Shown here piece by piece: positions 60,901-64,000 of a stretch of 64,000 nucleotides of DNA. Position 1 is the first letter of the stretch. Each line of letters begins with the position of its first letter. The DNA comes from Candidatus Marinacidobacterales bacterium. Its GTDB lineage: Bacteria > Acidobacteriota > Vicinamibacteria > Marinacidobacterales > DATDRI01. The stretch spans positions 6,112,001 through 6,176,000 of the forward strand of contig OZ245365.1 in NCBI GenBank assembly GCA_965226495.1. Reading direction: 5' to 3'. The notes beneath the pieces were generated by a model. The model saw nothing but the letters and a program-made list of their open reading frames with translations, was not told where the DNA came from and did not search any database. Position numbers and translations under genes: made by a program.

Positions 60901-62310
60901 ATGGTGACTTCCGCCCCGCCGAGAACCGTAGAGTACGAGCCCAAGTCGGATTGGACGAAGCAAGAGATTCTCGAGACGACCCGCGCGTTAGGGGTTCGAT
61001 TTATGAGGCTCCAGTTCACCGACATTCTTGGCGTGAACAAGAACGTGGAGGTCCCCTTTCAGCAATTCGAAAAGGCCCTCGATGGCGAGATAGCGTTCGA
61101 CGGTTCGTCGATCGAAGGCTTCGTGCGCATCGAGGAGTCGGACATGGTGTTGCGTCCGGATCTCCGGACCTTCCGAGTCCTCCCTTTTTCGGGTACCAGC
61201 GCGTCCTCCAATAGGGCCGATTCGTTAGATGGGTCTACCAATCGAGTGGCCCGTCTCATTTGCGACATCTACCACCCCGATGGCACTCCGTTCGAGGGTT
61301 GTCCCCGCCTGGCGTTGCAAAGAGTGACCGAGGAGGCCAAGGCCTTGGGTTTCACAATGATGGCGGGGCCGGAAGCCGAGTTCTTCCTATTTCAGAGAGG
61401 GGCGAATGGTCCCACCACCGAGTCGCATGATGCGGGGAGCTACTTCGACCTCACTCCCGTTGACCGGGGTGAGGATGCGCGGCGGGACATCGTGAACGCT
61501 CTCGAAGCGACCGGTTTCGAGGTCGAGGCCGCCCATCACGAGGTGGCTCCTGCCCAGCACGAGATCGATTTTAAGTATGCCGACGCTCTTACGACTGCCG
61601 ACAATATCGCTACGTTTCGCTTCATTGTGAGACATGTGGCCCTCGAGCATGGGCTCCACGCGACCTTCATGCCCAAGCCGATTTTCGGAATCAATGGCTC
61701 CGGCATGCATACCCACCAGTCGCTGTTCACTGGGGCGGAAAATGCCTTCTACGACCCACATGGGGAGCACGGGCTTTCCGACACGGCACTCCACTACATC
61801 GGCGGCATCCTTCGTCACGCGCGAGGTTTTTGCGCCATCACCAACCCGTTAGTCAATTCATACAAACGGCTGGTTCCGGGCTTCGAAGCGCCCACCAACG
61901 TGGCTTGGTCTATGCGCAACCGAAGCCCATTGGTGAGGGTCCCCGAGAAACGGGGGTCGAGCACCCGCATCGAGGTGCGCATGCCGGATCCTTCGGCGAA
62001 TCCGTATCTAGCGTTGGCGGCGATGTTGAAGTCCGGGTTGGACGGGATCAAGAACAAGATCGACCCCGGCCCCCCGGTGAACAAGAACATATACAACATG
62101 AGTCATCGAGAGAGGCGTCGGTTAAAGATCGACGAGCTGCCCGGTGATCTCCGAGAGGCGGTGGACGCCCTCGAGAAGGACAAGGTCGTTCAGGAAGCAT
62201 TGACTCCCCACATCCTGACCAACTTCATCGACGCCAAACGGGCGGAGTGGCACGACTACATTGCCCAAGTCCATGAGTGGGAGTTGGACCGTTACTTGTC
62301 CGTGTATTAG
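60901..62310 (+). CDS. glnA: Glutamine synthetase type I (GSI-alpha-like)
   Basis: Motifs FDGSSIEGF, HHEVAPAQHEIDF, ATFMPKPIFGINGSGMHTHQS, NSYKRLVPGFEAP and EVRMPDPSANPYL. Confidence 0.97.
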   Translation: MVTSAPPRTVEYEPKSDWTKQEILETTRALGVRFMRLQFTDILGVNKNVEVPFQQFEKALDGEIAFDGSSIEGFVRIEESDMVLRPDLRTFRVLPFSGTSASSNRADSLDGSTNRVARLICDIYHPDGTPFEGCPRLALQRVTEEAKALGFTMMAGPEAEFFLFQRGANGPTTESHDAGSYFDLTPVDRGEDARRDIVNALEATGFEVEAAHHEVAPAQHEIDFKYADALTTADNIATFRFIVRHVALEHGLHATFMPKPIFGINGSGMHTHQSLFTGAENAFYDPHGEHGLSDTALHYIGGILRHARGFCAITNPLVNSYKRLVPGFEAPTNVAWSMRNRSPLVRVPEKRGSSTRIEVRMPDPSANPYLALAAMLKSGLDGIKNKIDPGPPVNKNIYNMSHRERRRLKIDELPGDLREAVDALEKDKVVQEALTPHILTNFIDAKRAEWHDYIAQVHEWELDRYLSVY

Positions 62311-62326
62311 AAGACTCTTAGTCCTT

Positions 62327-62365
62327 TAATCCCTCTCCCTTCTAGGGAGAGGGCCTGGGTGAGGG
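62327..62365. repeat. REP-like palindromic element, copy 2
   Basis: TAATCCCTCTCCC-TTCTA-GGGAGAGGGCCTGGGTGAGGG between convergent genes. Confidence 0.85.
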
Positions 62366-62386
62366 CAAGAGACTCTTCGCCTTCGA

Positions 62387-62936
62387 TTACTCGACCACCA
62401 TGCTGACGAACAAGATGCGCCCTTGTCGGTCTATCTGAAGCACGACCGGATCCCCGGATCGGAGCCTCGCGAGAGACGCCCGCAACTCGGACAGGGTGGC
62501 AACCGATAGGCGATTTACCGCTTGGATCACATCGCCGGGCAGTAAACCGCTATCTTGGAAAGACACGGTCTCGACGGACCGGGCGGCCACGACGACACCC
62601 GATCGCCTTCGCAGACGAGGAAGTTTAGAGGCGAGCGCCCGCTCGTAGTCGACTCCGAGGATCCCGAGCTCGTCGACCAGATTTCGATCGGGGTGAACCA
62701 TGTCACGGAATCGGTCCGGATCATCAGGACGCTCAACGACTTTGACTTCGAAATCGGTAACCTCCGCCCCACGCTGTACGCGAAGGGTGATGCTTTCTCC
62801 GACGGTTCGCCGATAGAGGTTGACCTGGAACTGGCGTCCGTTCTCCATCGCCTTGCCATCGAGCGTCAAGACGACGTCTCCTATTTCGAGGCCCGCATCG
62901 GCTCCCGGTCCCCCGGGGTAGACATCGCCCAAGATA
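62387..62936 (-). pseudogene. C-terminal PDZ domains of an HtrA/DegP-like protease; 5' part missing
   Basis: LGDVYPGGPGADAGLEIGDVV...DGK and SGLLPGDVIQAVN. No protease domain or start context upstream. Confidence 0.75.
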
Positions 62937-64000
62937 GATCTTCAAGAGGCGCGCGAATACGACCGGGAGACGTTGCGGCTGGATATCCTGAACAACACGG
63001 CCTTTGCCTACCTCAATGTCCTGCGGGCAAAGACCATCGAGCGAATTCGAAAAAACAATCTTGACGTAACCCGATCCAACCTCGAGCTCGCCAAAGTACG
63101 AGAGACCATAGGGTTTTCTGGGCCGGCGGAAGTCTATCGTTGGGAGAGCCAGTTAGCGACCGATCAGAGCGCGGTCATTGCGGCCGCGGCGGCGCGAAAC
63201 GTGCCCCCACTATTGCGGAGTTGGCGGTGAATCAACTCTTGAATCGGCCCTTGGAGGAGCCTTTCCTAACCGAAGAGATCGGCTTGGAAGATCCTTCATT
63301 GGACTACATTGAGACCGAGATCAAACTTTACCTGTCGAATATGTGGTACTTCGACATCTTCCGGGATTTCATGTCGCAGTTGAGCTCCTTGCTGGCACCG
63401 GAGCTTCGCGCTTTCGACGCTGCGATTTCGGCACAGCAGAGAAGTCTAACCGCCTCCGGACGCGCTTTCTTCGTCCCCGAGATCTTGTTTCAAGGTGAGC
63501 TGGCGCGGACGTTTCTCGGCGGGACAGGGAGCAGTGGGCTGGGCATCTTGGAAGGGTTGATACCGCCCGATGCCGATATTTCTGGACCGGACCAGACCAA
63601 TTGGAGCTTAGCCCTCGATATCTCGTTGCCACTTTTCACCAGCGGCCGACGTCTGGCGGTCAAGAGTCAGGATTTCGAGCTGTTGTCGGAGCTGAAGCTA
63701 GACCGCGAGCTCACGAGCCAACGTATCCGAGCAGCGCGTTCGTTCGGCGCTTCACACCGCCGGTGCCTCCTACGCCGGTATCGGTCTGGCCCAGGATGCT
63801 GCTACGGCGGCGGGGCGAAACCTGGAACTCGTTACCGACTCTTACTCCCGCGGTGTCGTCTCTATCCTGGATTTGTTGGATGCCCAGAACGCCTCCTTGT
63901 CGGCTGACGAGGACGCGGCGAATGCAATCTACGACTTTCTCATCGATTTCTTGGAGGTTGAACGCTCGGTAGGCAAGTTCTACATGCTGGCGACGCCACA
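62937..64000 (+). pseudogene. TolC-family outer membrane efflux protein fragment; 5' part missing, two frameshifts, runs off the window
   Basis: AYLNVLRA...NLELAKVR...G....EVYRWESQ, then IAELAVNQLL...WSLALDISLPLF, then IEQRVRSA...NLELVTDSYSRGVVSILDLLDAQ, with frame changes at about 63205 and about 63727. Confidence 0.8.

Overview
GC-rich bacterial chromosomal segment, most likely Acidobacteriota (inferred from two ADOP-type duplicated ABC permeases and a Ser/Thr kinase with a beta-propeller C-terminus). About 50 CDS, one tRNA-Leu(CAA), and no CRISPR array, rRNA, integrase or transposase seen. The most notable locus is a DNA-repair cluster at 34.3-44.9 kb: nurA-xth-herA-alkA-sixA, an opposite-strand CBS gene, then sbcD(mre11)-sbcC(rad50)-methyltransferase. 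This is an archaeal-style HerA/NurA/Mre11/Rad50 end-resection set with base-excision enzymes interleaved. Other points of interest are a coupled His-rich beta-propeller / small Met-His protein / multicopper oxidase operon, a DUF222-like HNH gene with non-coding flanks, and a 54-aa mini-gene made only of the first and last residues of a kinase. The window also has repeated leaderless-type promoters, two copies of a REP-like palindrome, and a CarD with a basic tail. Several small indels and two abrupt junctions (about 1045 and about 62936) suggest an imperfect long-read or low-coverage assembly, so pseudogene calls are provisional. All calls come from motif recognition by eye; no database searches were run.
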